Positions 16,917 through 25,971 of a stretch of DNA of 32,000 nt are shown here, one piece after another. The notes under the pieces are model-generated. The model worked only from the letters and a program-made list of their open reading frames with translations, was not told the origin of the DNA and did no database searches. The translations under genes were made by a program, and so were the position numbers. Positions within the stretch are counted from its first letter, which is position 1. Every line of letters begins with the position of its first letter. Source of the DNA: Xanthomonas campestris pv. campestris str. ATCC 33913 (lineage in GTDB: Bacteria; Pseudomonadota; Gammaproteobacteria; Xanthomonadales; Xanthomonadaceae); contig NC_003902.1 in NCBI RefSeq assembly GCF_000007145.1, positions 1,657,436-1,689,435 on the forward strand, written 5' to 3'.

Positions 16917-17681
16917 ATGGTCCAATCCGAGACGGTCGTCCTGGGTGGCGCGGGCAACGTCGGTGCCGGCATCGTCGCCGCGCTGCTCGAGGCGCAGCTG
17001 CCGGTGCTGGTGGTCGGCCGCGATGCTGCCAAGCTGGCCGCGTTGCGCGCCCGCCATGGCGACAGCCCCTTGCTGGAGACGGTGCAGGGCTCGGTGGCCG
17101 ATGACGCCGCCGCGCAGGCACTGGCTGCCGAGCTGGCGCAACGTCCACGCCCGCTGGCGGCGGTGGTTGCGAGCCTGGGCAGCCCGCTCAAGGCCGGCCG
17201 CCTGCTGGACCGCCCGGTCAGCGCCTTGCGCCGCCGGCTGGACCGCGACCTGCTTCCGCACCTGGCGGCCGCCCGGCATCTGATGCCGCTACTGGCCGAG
17301 GCCGATGGCGGCGGCCGTTACCTGTTGCTCGGCAGCCCGTGTGCACTGCGTGCGTGGTCGGCGCACGGCGATATCTCCATCGCCGCGGCGGCCACCCGCA
17401 TGCTGGCGCAGGTGCTGCACGAAGAAGCCAAGCCGTTGGGCGTGCGCGTGCACCTGCTGTCGGTTGAGCAGCCGGTGTGCACGCCCAGCCGTGCCAAGGA
17501 GGCCTGCCCGGAATGGATCCGGGCCGTGGACGTCGGCCGCGCCGCCGTCTCGTTGATCGCCGGGCCTGGCCAGCCCGGACACGCCATCGTGACCGTCAGC
17601 CGTCGCCCGCAGACCGCACCGTCGGCTGGCCGCCTGGCCGGTCTGCAGTTTCCCCTTCCCGCCCGAGAGATTTCCCCATGA
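16917..17681 (+). CDS. atypical SDR-like (Rossmann-fold) protein, first gene of the efflux operon (SmeU1-like position)
   Basis: First in-frame ATG at 16917 gives MVQSETVVLGGAGNVGAGIVAALL (a Gly-rich dinucleotide loop next to the N-terminus). The stop TGA (17679-17681) overlaps the ATG of the next gene (ATGA). No YxxxK was found by eye. Confidence 0.7.
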   Translation: MVQSETVVLGGAGNVGAGIVAALLEAQLPVLVVGRDAAKLAALRARHGDSPLLETVQGSVADDAAAQALAAELAQRPRPLAAVVASLGSPLKAGRLLDRPVSALRRRLDRDLLPHLAAARHLMPLLAEADGGGRYLLLGSPCALRAWSAHGDISIAAAATRMLAQVLHEEAKPLGVRVHLLSVEQPVCTPSRAKEACPEWIRAVDVGRAAVSLIAGPGQPGHAIVTVSRRPQTAPSAGRLAGLQFPLPAREISP

Positions 17682-18868
17682 CCCCGAACGCCACCCCGTT
17701 CCGTTTTCCCTTGCGTACTGTATTGACGGGCGCTGTCCTCGCGGTCGTTTTGGCCGGTTGCGGCAGCAAGGCCGCCGAGACCGGCGCGCCGCCACCGCCC
17801 AGCGTCAGTGTCGCCCCGGTGCTGCTGAAAGAGATCAGCCAGTGGGATGAATTCAGCGGCCGCATCGAGCCGGTGGAAAGCGTGGAACTACGCCCGCGCG
17901 TGTCCGGCTATATCGACAAGGTCAATTACGCCGAAGGCACCGAAGTGAAGAAGGGCGATGTGCTCTTCAGCATCGACGACCGCAGCTACCGCGCCGAGTT
18001 TGCCCGCGCCAATGCCGCGCTGGTGCGTGCCCGCACCCAGGCCAGCCTGGCCCGCAGCGAAGCGACGCGTGCGCGCAAGCTGTCCGAGCAGCAGGCCATC
18101 TCCACCGAAACCTGGGAACAACGCCGCGCCGCGGCCGACCAGGCCGATGCCGAAGTGCTGGCCGCACAGGCCGCCGTGGACACCGCCAAGCTCAACATGG
18201 ACTGGACACGCGTGCGTGCCCCGATCGACGGCCGCGCCGGGCGCGCGATGGTTACCGCCGGCAACCTGGTCACCGCCGGCGACAGCGCCAGCGTGCTGAC
18301 CACGCTGGTGTCGCTGGACAAGGTGTTCGTGTACTTCGATGCCGATGAAGGCACCTTCCTGCGCTACTCGCAGATGAGCCGCAACGGCGAGCGTCCGGAC
18401 GAACGTGGCGGCGAGTTGCCGGTGCGCATCGGCCTGGTCGGCGAGCAGGGCTTCCCGCACAGCGGGCGCGTGGATTTCCTCGACAACCAGGTCACCCGCA
18501 GCACCGGCACCATCCGCGTGCGTGCCGTGCTCGACAACGCCGATCGGCAGTTCACGCCCGGCCTGTATGCGCATGTGCAGTTGCTCGGCAGCGGCCAGTT
18601 CAAGGCCATGCTGGTCGATGAAAAGGCCGTGCTGACCGACCAGGACCGCAAGTACGTGTACGTGGTCGACAAGGATGGCAAGGCGCAGCGACGCGATGTG
18701 GAGCTTGGCCGCACTGCCGATGGTCTGCGCATCGTGCGCAAGGGGTTGGCGGCCGGCGACCGCGTGGTGGTCGATGGTGTGCAGAAGATTTTCATGCCCG
18801 GCATGCCGGTCGATGCCAAGGCCGTGGCGATGGTGCCCACCTCGGACAAGCGCACCGCATCCAAATAA
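17678..18868 (+). CDS. RND efflux periplasmic adaptor (membrane fusion protein), MexE/SmeV-like lipoprotein
   Basis: ATG at 17678. Lipobox VLAGC. Biotinyl-lipoyl/hairpin motifs RPRVSGYI..V.Y.EG..VKKGDVLF.ID.R.Y and T.VRAPIDGR.G. Confidence 0.9.
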   Translation: MTPNATPFRFPLRTVLTGAVLAVVLAGCGSKAAETGAPPPPSVSVAPVLLKEISQWDEFSGRIEPVESVELRPRVSGYIDKVNYAEGTEVKKGDVLFSIDDRSYRAEFARANAALVRARTQASLARSEATRARKLSEQQAISTETWEQRRAAADQADAEVLAAQAAVDTAKLNMDWTRVRAPIDGRAGRAMVTAGNLVTAGDSASVLTTLVSLDKVFVYFDADEGTFLRYSQMSRNGERPDERGGELPVRIGLVGEQGFPHSGRVDFLDNQVTRSTGTIRVRAVLDNADRQFTPGLYAHVQLLGSGQFKAMLVDEKAVLTDQDRKYVYVVDKDGKAQRRDVELGRTADGLRIVRKGLAAGDRVVVDGVQKIFMPGMPVDAKAVAMVPTSDKRTASK

Positions 18869-19049
18869 GCCTCGTCGATCACACCTGGCAAGCAGTCGCG
18901 CCTGCCCGGCGGCTGCGCAGCCGGTTCGACCGCTGCACTGATTCATCGCTGCATCGCCCGCCCGTGACTACCGGCCTTTTCATCAGGCCGGTTCAGGGCG
19001 GGGCGTGTTGCGCCGCCACCCGGCGGCAACCTCTTTCAGGACCACCCCA

Positions 19050-22000
19050 ATGGACTTTTCCCGTTTTTTCATCGACCGACCGATCTTCGCGGCGGTGCTG
19101 TCGATCATCATCTTCGCGGCTGGCCTGATCGCCATGCCGCTGCTGCCCATCAGCGAATACCCCGAAGTGGTGCCGCCGAGCGTGCAGGTGCGTGCGGTGT
19201 ATCCGGGCGCCAATCCCAAGGTCATCGCCGAGACCGTCGCCACGCCGCTTGAGGAAGCCATCAACGGCGTGGAAAACATGATGTACATGAAGTCGGTCGC
19301 CGGCTCCGATGGCGTGCTGGTGGTCACCGTGACCTTCAAGCCGGGCACCGATCCGGACCAGGCGCAGGTGCAGGTGCAGAACCGCGTCAGTCAGGCGCAG
19401 GCGCGTCTGCCCGAGGACGTGCGGCGCCAGGGTGTGACCACGCAGAAGCAGTCGCCGACGCTGACCATGGTCGTGCATCTGACCTCCCCCAAGGGCAAGT
19501 ACGACTCGCTGTACCTGAGCAACTACGCCACCTTGAAGGTCAAGGACGAGCTGTCGCGCCTGCCGGGCGTGGGCCAGATCCAGATCTTCGGTGCCGGCGA
19601 TTACGCCATGCGGATCTGGCTGGATCCGGACAAGGTCGCCGCGCGCGGGCTCACCGCCAGCGATGTAGTGGCCGCCATCCGCGAGCAGAACGTGCAGGTG
19701 TCCGCCGGCCAGCTCGGCGCCGAGCCGATGCCGAACAAGAGCGAGTTCCTGCTGTCGATCAATGCACAGGGCCGCCTGACCACCGAAGAAGAATTCGGCA
19801 ACATCGTGATCCGCAGCGGTACCAGCGGCGAGATCGTGCGCCTGTCGGATGTGGCGCGGCTGGAACTGGGTGCCGGCAAGTACACGCTGCGCTCGCAACT
19901 GGACAGCAAGAGCGCGGTGGGCATGGGTGTCTTCCAGTCCCCGGGCGCCAATGCGATCGAGTTGTCCGATGCGGTGCGCGCCAAGATGGCGGAGCTGGAA
20001 AAACAGTTCCCGCAGGACATGGCCTGGTCGGCGGCCTACGACCCCACCATCTTCGTGCGCGATTCCATCAAGGCGGTGGTGAGCACCTTGCTGGAGGCGG
20101 TGCTGCTGGTGGTGCTGGTGGTGATCCTGTTCCTGCAGACCTGGCGTGCGTCGATCATTCCGTTGCTGGCGGTGCCGGTGTCGGTGGTGGGCACCTTCGC
20201 AGCGCTGTATGTGCTTGGCTTTTCGATCAATACGCTGACCCTGTTCGGCCTGGTGCTGGCGATCGGCATCGTGGTCGACGATGCGATCGTGGTGGTGGAA
20301 AACGTCGAGCGCAACATCGAAGAAGGTTTGAGCCCGCTGGCTGCTGCGCATCAGGCGATGCGCGAAGTGTCCGGGCCCATCATCGCCATCGCGCTGGTGT
20401 TGTGCGCGGTGTTCGTGCCGATGGCGTTCCTGTCGGGCGTGACCGGCCAGTTCTACAAGCAGTTCGCGGTGACCATCGCCATCTCCACGGTGATCTCGGC
20501 GATCAACTCGCTGACCCTGTCGCCTGCACTGGCAGCCATGCTGCTCAAGGCCCATGACGCCCCGAAGGATGGTCCGACGCGGTTGATCGACCGGTTGTTC
20601 GGCTGGATTTTTCGTCCGTTCAACCGCTTCTTCAACACCAGCTCGCACAAGTATCAGGGTGCGGTTTCGCGCGCGCTGGGCAAGCGCGGTATGGTCTTCA
20701 TGGTGTATCTGTTGCTGTTGGTCGGCACCGGGGTGATGTTCAAACTGGTGCCGGGCGGCTTCATTCCGACCCAGGACAAGTTGTACCTGATCGCCGGTGC
20801 CAAGCTGCCCGAAGGCGCATCGCTGGAGCGCACCAGCGAGGTGATCAGCCAGATCAGCGATATTGCGCTGCAGACCGAGGGCGTTGCGCACGCGGTGGCG
20901 TTTCCTGGCCTCAATCCACTGCAGTTCACCAATACGCCCAACACCGGCACCCTGTTCCTGACCCTCAAGCCCTTCAGCGAACGCAGCCGGACCGCAGCGC
21001 AGATCAATGCCGAGATCAACGCGCGCATCAGCCAGATCGAGAAGGGCTTCGCCTTCGCCTTCATGCCGCCGCCGATTCTTGGCTTGGGTCAAGGCTCCGG
21101 CTATTCGCTGTACATCCAGGATCGTGCCGGGCTCGGTTACGGGCAGTTGCAGACTGCGGTAACGGCGATGTCCGGTGCGATCTCGCAGACGCCGGGCATG
21201 CAGTTCCCGATCGGCACCTATCAGGCCAACGTGCCGCAGCTCGATGCAAAGGTCGATCGCGACAAGGCCAAGGCGCAGGGTGTGCCGCTGACCAATGTGT
21301 TCGACACGCTGCAGACCTATCTGGGGTCTGCGTACATCAACGACTTCAATCGCTTCGGTCGTACCTATCAGGTGATCGCCCAGGCCGATGGACAGTTCCG
21401 CGACAGCGTCGAAGACATCGCCAACCTGCGCACCCGCAACGATCGCGGGCAGATGGTGCCGATCGGCAGCATGGTCACGCTGGGCCAGACCTACGGCCCG
21501 GATCCGGTGATCCGCTACAACGGCTACCCGGCCGCCGATCTGATCGGTGAAGCGGACACGCGCGTGCTGTCGTCCGCCCAGGCGATGCAGACGCTGGCCG
21601 GCATGGCGCCGAAGGTGTTGCCCAACGGCATGAACATCGAGTGGACCGATCTGAGTTATCAGCAATCCATCCAGGGCAATTCGGCGTTGATCGTGTTCCC
21701 GATGGCGGTGTTGCTGGCGTTCCTGGTGCTGGCCGCGTTGTACGAAAGCTGGACCTTGCCGCTGGCGGTGATCCTGATCGTGCCGATGACCTTGCTGTCT
21801 GCCTTGTTCGGCGTATGGCTCACCGGTGGCGACAACAACGTGTTCGTGCAGGTGGGACTGGTGGTGTTGATGGGCCTGGCGTGCAAGAACGCGATCCTGA
21901 TCGTGGAGTTTGCCCGCGAACTGGAGATGCACGGCAAGGGCATCGTCGAAGCCGCGCTGGAAGCCTGCCGCCTGCGTCTGCGCCCGATCGTGATGACCTC

Positions 22001-22220
22001 CATCGCCTTCATCGCCGGCACCGTGCCGCTGGTGTTCGGCCATGGCGCTGGCGCAGAAGTGCGCTCGGTCACCGGCATCACCGTGTTCGCCGGCATGTTG
22101 GGCGTGACCCTGTTCGGCCTGTTCCTGACGCCGGTGTTCTACGTGGCCCTGCGCAAGTGGGTGACCCGTGGCGAACCCGCCGCACCGGCCGCCGTGGCAC
22201 ATGATCCGGTCAAGGCCTGA
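19050..22220 (+). CDS. RND multidrug efflux permease (HAE1 family), MexF/SmeW-like
   Basis: MDFSRFFIDRPIFAAVLSIIIF...PISEYPEVVPPSVQVRAVYPGANPKVIAETVATPLEEAINGVENMMYM is near-colinear with MexF as recalled. 1056 aa with 12-TM topology. The track start at 19005 is a short over-extension. Confidence 0.95.
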   Translation: MDFSRFFIDRPIFAAVLSIIIFAAGLIAMPLLPISEYPEVVPPSVQVRAVYPGANPKVIAETVATPLEEAINGVENMMYMKSVAGSDGVLVVTVTFKPGTDPDQAQVQVQNRVSQAQARLPEDVRRQGVTTQKQSPTLTMVVHLTSPKGKYDSLYLSNYATLKVKDELSRLPGVGQIQIFGAGDYAMRIWLDPDKVAARGLTASDVVAAIREQNVQVSAGQLGAEPMPNKSEFLLSINAQGRLTTEEEFGNIVIRSGTSGEIVRLSDVARLELGAGKYTLRSQLDSKSAVGMGVFQSPGANAIELSDAVRAKMAELEKQFPQDMAWSAAYDPTIFVRDSIKAVVSTLLEAVLLVVLVVILFLQTWRASIIPLLAVPVSVVGTFAALYVLGFSINTLTLFGLVLAIGIVVDDAIVVVENVERNIEEGLSPLAAAHQAMREVSGPIIAIALVLCAVFVPMAFLSGVTGQFYKQFAVTIAISTVISAINSLTLSPALAAMLLKAHDAPKDGPTRLIDRLFGWIFRPFNRFFNTSSHKYQGAVSRALGKRGMVFMVYLLLLVGTGVMFKLVPGGFIPTQDKLYLIAGAKLPEGASLERTSEVISQISDIALQTEGVAHAVAFPGLNPLQFTNTPNTGTLFLTLKPFSERSRTAAQINAEINARISQIEKGFAFAFMPPPILGLGQGSGYSLYIQDRAGLGYGQLQTAVTAMSGAISQTPGMQFPIGTYQANVPQLDAKVDRDKAKAQGVPLTNVFDTLQTYLGSAYINDFNRFGRTYQVIAQADGQFRDSVEDIANLRTRNDRGQMVPIGSMVTLGQTYGPDPVIRYNGYPAADLIGEADTRVLSSAQAMQTLAGMAPKVLPNGMNIEWTDLSYQQSIQGNSALIVFPMAVLLAFLVLAALYESWTLPLAVILIVPMTLLSALFGVWLTGGDNNVFVQVGLVVLMGLACKNAILIVEFARELEMHGKGIVEAALEACRLRLRPIVMTSIAFIAGTVPLVFGHGAGAEVRSVTGITVFAGMLGVTLFGLFLTPVFYVALRKWVTRGEPAAPAAVAHDPVKA

Positions 22221-22253
22221 TTCCTCTTCCCCCATCTTTGAAGGACATTGCAC

Positions 22254-22985
22254 ATGAGCACCAACAAGATCGCACTGGTCACCGGCGGTACCCGCGGCAT
22301 CGGCCTGGAGACCGTCCGTCAACTGGCCCAGGCCGGCGTGCACACGCTGCTGGCTGGCCGCAAGCGCGATGACGCCGTCGCCGCTGCACTCAAGCTGCAG
22401 GCCGAAGGCCTGCCGGTGGAAGCCATCCAGCTGGACGTCAACGACGACATCAGCATCGCCGCGGCCGTTGGCACGGTGGAGCAGCGTCACGGCCATCTGG
22501 ACATCCTGATCAACAACGCCGGCATCATGATCGAGGACATGCAGCGCAAGCCGTCCGAGCAGAGCCTGGACACCTGGAAGCGCACCTTCGACACCAACCT
22601 GTTTGCGGTGGTCGGCGTGACCAAGGCGTTCCTGCCGCTGCTGCGTCGTTCGCTGGCCGGGCGCATCGTCAACGTCTCCAGCATCCTCGGCTCGTTGACC
22701 CTGCACACACAGCAGGGCTCGCCGATCTATGACTTCAAGATACCTGCCTACGACGCCTCCAAGAGCGCACTCAACAGCTGGACCGTGCACCTGGCCCATG
22801 AGCTGCGCGAGAGCGCGATCAAGGTCAACATGGTGCATCCGGGCTATGTCAAAACCGACATGAACGGTGGCGTCGGCGAGATCGACGTGGAGCAGGGCGC
22901 ACACAGCAGCGTGCAGATGGCGTTGATCGATGCGCACGGCCCCAATGGCAGCTTCACCTACCTGGGCGAGGTGCTGCCATGGTGA
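22254..22985 (+). CDS. classical short-chain dehydrogenase/reductase (carbonyl-reductase-like), SmeU2-like position
   Basis: AAGGA 8 nt upstream of the ATG at 22254. Motifs TGGTRGIG, NNAG, the Ser of NVSS, and YDASK (YxxxK). Confidence 0.9.
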   Translation: MSTNKIALVTGGTRGIGLETVRQLAQAGVHTLLAGRKRDDAVAAALKLQAEGLPVEAIQLDVNDDISIAAAVGTVEQRHGHLDILINNAGIMIEDMQRKPSEQSLDTWKRTFDTNLFAVVGVTKAFLPLLRRSLAGRIVNVSSILGSLTLHTQQGSPIYDFKIPAYDASKSALNSWTVHLAHELRESAIKVNMVHPGYVKTDMNGGVGEIDVEQGAHSSVQMALIDAHGPNGSFTYLGEVLPW

Positions 22986-24403
22986 GGACCTTGCTGGGCG
23001 CCGCGCTTGCCGCGGCGATCCTGAGTGGTTGCGCGGTCGGGCCGGATTACCGCCCCGAACCGCCGGCCGCGGTGACGCTGCAAGGCGCGCAGGATGCGGC
23101 CTATAGCGCCGAGTCGCCGGTGGGCAACTGGTGGTCGCAGTTCGATGACCCGGTGCTGGAACAACTGGTGCGCGATGCGTTGTTCGCCAACCACGATCTG
23201 CGCATTGCCGTCTCGCGCGTCAAGCAGGCGCGTGCGGTGTTCGTCGAACGCCGGTTGGACCAGGCGCCGCACATCACCGCACAAGGCAGCTTTGATCGCC
23301 GCGAACAACAGCAGGTGATCGCCGGCAATCAGCGTTTCCTCACCGAGCAGACCACGCTGGGTCTGGATGCGGCGTGGGAACTGGATCTGTTCGGCCGCCA
23401 GCGGCGTGCGTCGGAGGCGGCGCGTGCCGACCTGGAAGCCGAGCAGGCCGGCCTGCAGGACGTGCAGGTCACGGTGGCCGCGGAGGTGGCGCGCAACTAT
23501 TTCGAATTGCGCGGCACGCAAAAGCAGCTGGACGTCTCCAAGCGCACCCTGACCAACCTGCGCGACACCCAGAAGCTGACGCAGACGCGTTGGGACCTGG
23601 GCGCCGGCAGCGAGCTGGATGTGCAGAGCAGCCTGGCACGCTTGAAGGCCATCGAAGCCGACATTCCGTTGCTGGAAACTGCCGAAGCGCAGTACCGCCA
23701 TCGGATCGCCGTGTTGCTCGGTCAACAGCCGAATGCGCTGGATGCCACCCTGGTGGCGCGCACCGCACCGCCGTTCGCCCGCGCCTTGCCGCTCGGCGAT
23801 ACCGCCAGCTTGCTGCGGCAACGCCCGGACGTGCGCACCGCCGAACGGCGTCTGGCTGCGGCCACCGCACAGGTGGGCGTGGCCACGGCCGATCTGTTCC
23901 CGCGCATCAGCGTGAGCGGCTTTGTCGGCTTTCTGTCTGGCGATGCGGCCAGGTTGACCCAGGGCAACGCAAAGGCCTGGTCGATCACGCCGTCGATCAG
24001 CTGGGCCGCGTTCGACTTCGGCACCGTACGTGCACGCCTGCGTGCCAGCAAGGCGCAGGCCGAAGGCGCGTTGGCGCAGTACCAGCAGACCGTGCTGCTG
24101 GCACTGGAAGATACCGAAAATGCCTTGACCGGCTACGGGCGTCAGCAGGCGCGCCTGGCGATCGTGGTGGACCAGGCCAATGCGGCGCGGCGTGCCGAGC
24201 AGCTGGCGCAGATCCGCTACCGCGAGGGTTCGGAAGACTTCCTGACCCTACTGGATGCACAGCGCACCCAACTGGCAGCCGACGATGCATTGGCGCAGGC
24301 CGAAGCAGCGGTCAATGTCGGCGTGGTCGGCGTCTACAAGGCGCTGGGTGGCTGGAAGCAAGGTGAGGCACCGGCCGCGCCGGTGGCAGTGGCCGAGCGC
24401 TGA
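22979..24403 (+). CDS. RND efflux outer-membrane factor lipoprotein (NodT family), OprN/SmeX-like
   Basis: The ATG at 22979 overlaps the SDR stop by 7 nt (ATGGTGA). Lipobox ILSGC followed by AVGPDY. Two TolC-like repeats, with YKALGGGW-like C-terminus (YKALGGWKQG). Confidence 0.9.
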   Translation: MVRTLLGAALAAAILSGCAVGPDYRPEPPAAVTLQGAQDAAYSAESPVGNWWSQFDDPVLEQLVRDALFANHDLRIAVSRVKQARAVFVERRLDQAPHITAQGSFDRREQQQVIAGNQRFLTEQTTLGLDAAWELDLFGRQRRASEAARADLEAEQAGLQDVQVTVAAEVARNYFELRGTQKQLDVSKRTLTNLRDTQKLTQTRWDLGAGSELDVQSSLARLKAIEADIPLLETAEAQYRHRIAVLLGQQPNALDATLVARTAPPFARALPLGDTASLLRQRPDVRTAERRLAAATAQVGVATADLFPRISVSGFVGFLSGDAARLTQGNAKAWSITPSISWAAFDFGTVRARLRASKAQAEGALAQYQQTVLLALEDTENALTGYGRQQARLAIVVDQANAARRAEQLAQIRYREGSEDFLTLLDAQRTQLAADDALAQAEAAVNVGVVGVYKALGGWKQGEAPAAPVAVAER

Positions 24404-24410
24404 GATGGCA

Positions 24411-24488
24411 GGGCGGGGCGGCCGCGCGGCCGTCCCGCCCATGCATGCACGACGGTATCAATCGCTGATCGGCAATTGCCGATCAGCG
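24411..24488. terminator. two hairpins between convergent genes (probable bidirectional termination region)
   Basis: Hairpin 1: GGGCGGGGCGGCC / GGCCGTCCCGCCC (24411-24440, one mismatch). Hairpin 2: a perfect 26-nt palindrome CGCTGATCGGCAATTGCCGATCAGCG (24463-24488). No strong T-runs. Confidence 0.5.
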
Positions 24489-24497
24489 CTGGATGAC

Positions 24498-25568
24498 TCA
24501 GTCGGCGATGCGCACGCTGTCGCGGCCGCCGTTCTTGGCCAGATACAGCGCCGCATCCGCACGCGAAAACCAGTCTTGCCAGTGCGTTTCGCCATCGTGG
24601 CGGGCCGCGCCCAGCGACACGGTGATGCGTCCGCCCGGCCCACGTAATCCGTTGCGGATCACCTTGCGCAAGCGCTCGGTGGCCGCTTCCAGTTCCGCCA
24701 GCGAGCCGGCGCGCAGCAGCACTACGAATTCTTCGCCGCCGAAGCGGAACACCTGATAGGGCTCACGCACCTCGAACCGCAGGATCGTGGCCAGGTCAGC
24801 CAATGCCGCATCGCCGGCGGCATGCCCGTACAGATCGTTGACGTCCTTGAAGTGGTCCAGGTCCAGGATGATCAGGCTGTTGAGCCGATCCTGCGGCTGA
24901 CGTTGATCGATCTGATGGGTGAGCGCGCGCTCGAGCATGCGCCGGTTGGGCAGGCCGGTCAGCGCATCCAGCGAGGCCAGTTCTTCCAGATGCACGCGGT
25001 CGTCCTGCATGCGCACCGAGAACGCGTAGCCCACCGCCAGCGTCACCAAGGTGACCATCACGGTGGAGATGCCCTGGCCAGGGCTGACGATCAAGCCGGG
25101 CAGCAACAGCAAGGCCGCCAGCAACGGCAGGCTCAGCAACACCGCGCGCTGCGGGCCGCAGAGAAAATAATTGGTGGCCAGCACCGGGAACAACCAGGGC
25201 AGGGCGCCGTCGCCGCCGCTCCAGCAGCCGATCAGGCAGCCAGCGACATTGATGGAGGCCAGCCACACCCCGCCGCGTCCAGTGCGCTCGGCACTGCGCA
25301 TGCGCCAGCCACGCCACACCGCGACCAGGCCGAGTGCGGCAGTCAACGCACATGCCACCCCTTGGCCATGCATGGCCAGGTACACCGCGTACAGGCAGAG
25401 CAACAGCGCGGTGATCGGCCCGAGCATCTTGACGATGCCGAGGCGGAAATCCCGCCGCAAATGGAGGATCACGGGCGAAGTTCTGGAGGAGTCGGCATCA
25501 GTATCGGCCGACGCGTGCGAAAGTTGAGGGAAGGTGGCGCGCGCCGGCAGCGCATCGTGCGTGCGCAA
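24498..25568 (-). CDS. membrane-anchored GGDEF-domain diguanylate cyclase
   Basis: Several N-terminal TM helices, then LDALTGLPNRR, DLDHFKDVND.YGH..GD and the GGEEF motif (FRFGGEEFVVLL). The start is uncertain: TTG at 25568 is the longest, and the first ATG at 25427 is the alternative. Confidence 0.85.
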   Translation of the reverse strand: MRTHDALPARATFPQLSHASADTDADSSRTSPVILHLRRDFRLGIVKMLGPITALLLCLYAVYLAMHGQGVACALTAALGLVAVWRGWRMRSAERTGRGGVWLASINVAGCLIGCWSGGDGALPWLFPVLATNYFLCGPQRAVLLSLPLLAALLLLPGLIVSPGQGISTVMVTLVTLAVGYAFSVRMQDDRVHLEELASLDALTGLPNRRMLERALTHQIDQRQPQDRLNSLIILDLDHFKDVNDLYGHAAGDAALADLATILRFEVREPYQVFRFGGEEFVVLLRAGSLAELEAATERLRKVIRNGLRGPGGRITVSLGAARHDGETHWQDWFSRADAALYLAKNGGRDSVRIAD

Positions 25569-25721
25569 CGTTGGTCAGATGCCGCTACGGCGCACAACGC
25601 TGATCAGCACGTACCTCGGCGCGCCGCAGCCGATCAGATGCCGCATCCCACACGCGCTGTACGGTTTCGCAGATCCTTGACGGCATAGCCGCAACCTTGG
25701 GGCTTTGCCGTGGAGTCACCG

Positions 25722-25955
25722 ATGCCTAATCGCTCAGAGTTGGATGCGCACCTGGATGCGCTGCAGGACGCACTGCCGAACGTGGCGTCCGATGAAGACG
25801 CCGACTTCGATTATCTGGATTTCCAGGCCCGCGCCGAGGCCGTCCTGCACAGCGCCGCACCCGAAGACGCCGCGCATGTGCGTGGCCGCATCGACGACAT
25901 GCTGGCCAGCGCCGGGCTGATCCCGACCGACGACAACGGGCAGGCCTGTCGCTGA
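25722..25955 (+). CDS. small acidic hypothetical protein
   Basis: 77 aa from the ATG at 25722 (the track uses GTG at 25710). Third codon positions are G/C-rich throughout, and the protein is rich in Asp and Glu. No family was recognised. Confidence 0.45.
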   Translation: MPNRSELDAHLDALQDALPNVASDEDADFDYLDFQARAEAVLHSAAPEDAAHVRGRIDDMLASAGLIPTDDNGQACR

Positions 25956-25971
25956 CAGCACGGGCCTGGCG

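Noticed and set aside
18993-22937. A 1314-aa ORF on the minus strand, the longest in the track.
   Set aside because: It lies antisense to the unmistakable MexF-like RND pump and the SDR gene. The translation is Arg/His/Gly/Asp/Gln-rich low-complexity sequence without motifs. This is the classic shadow ORF of a high-GC genome.
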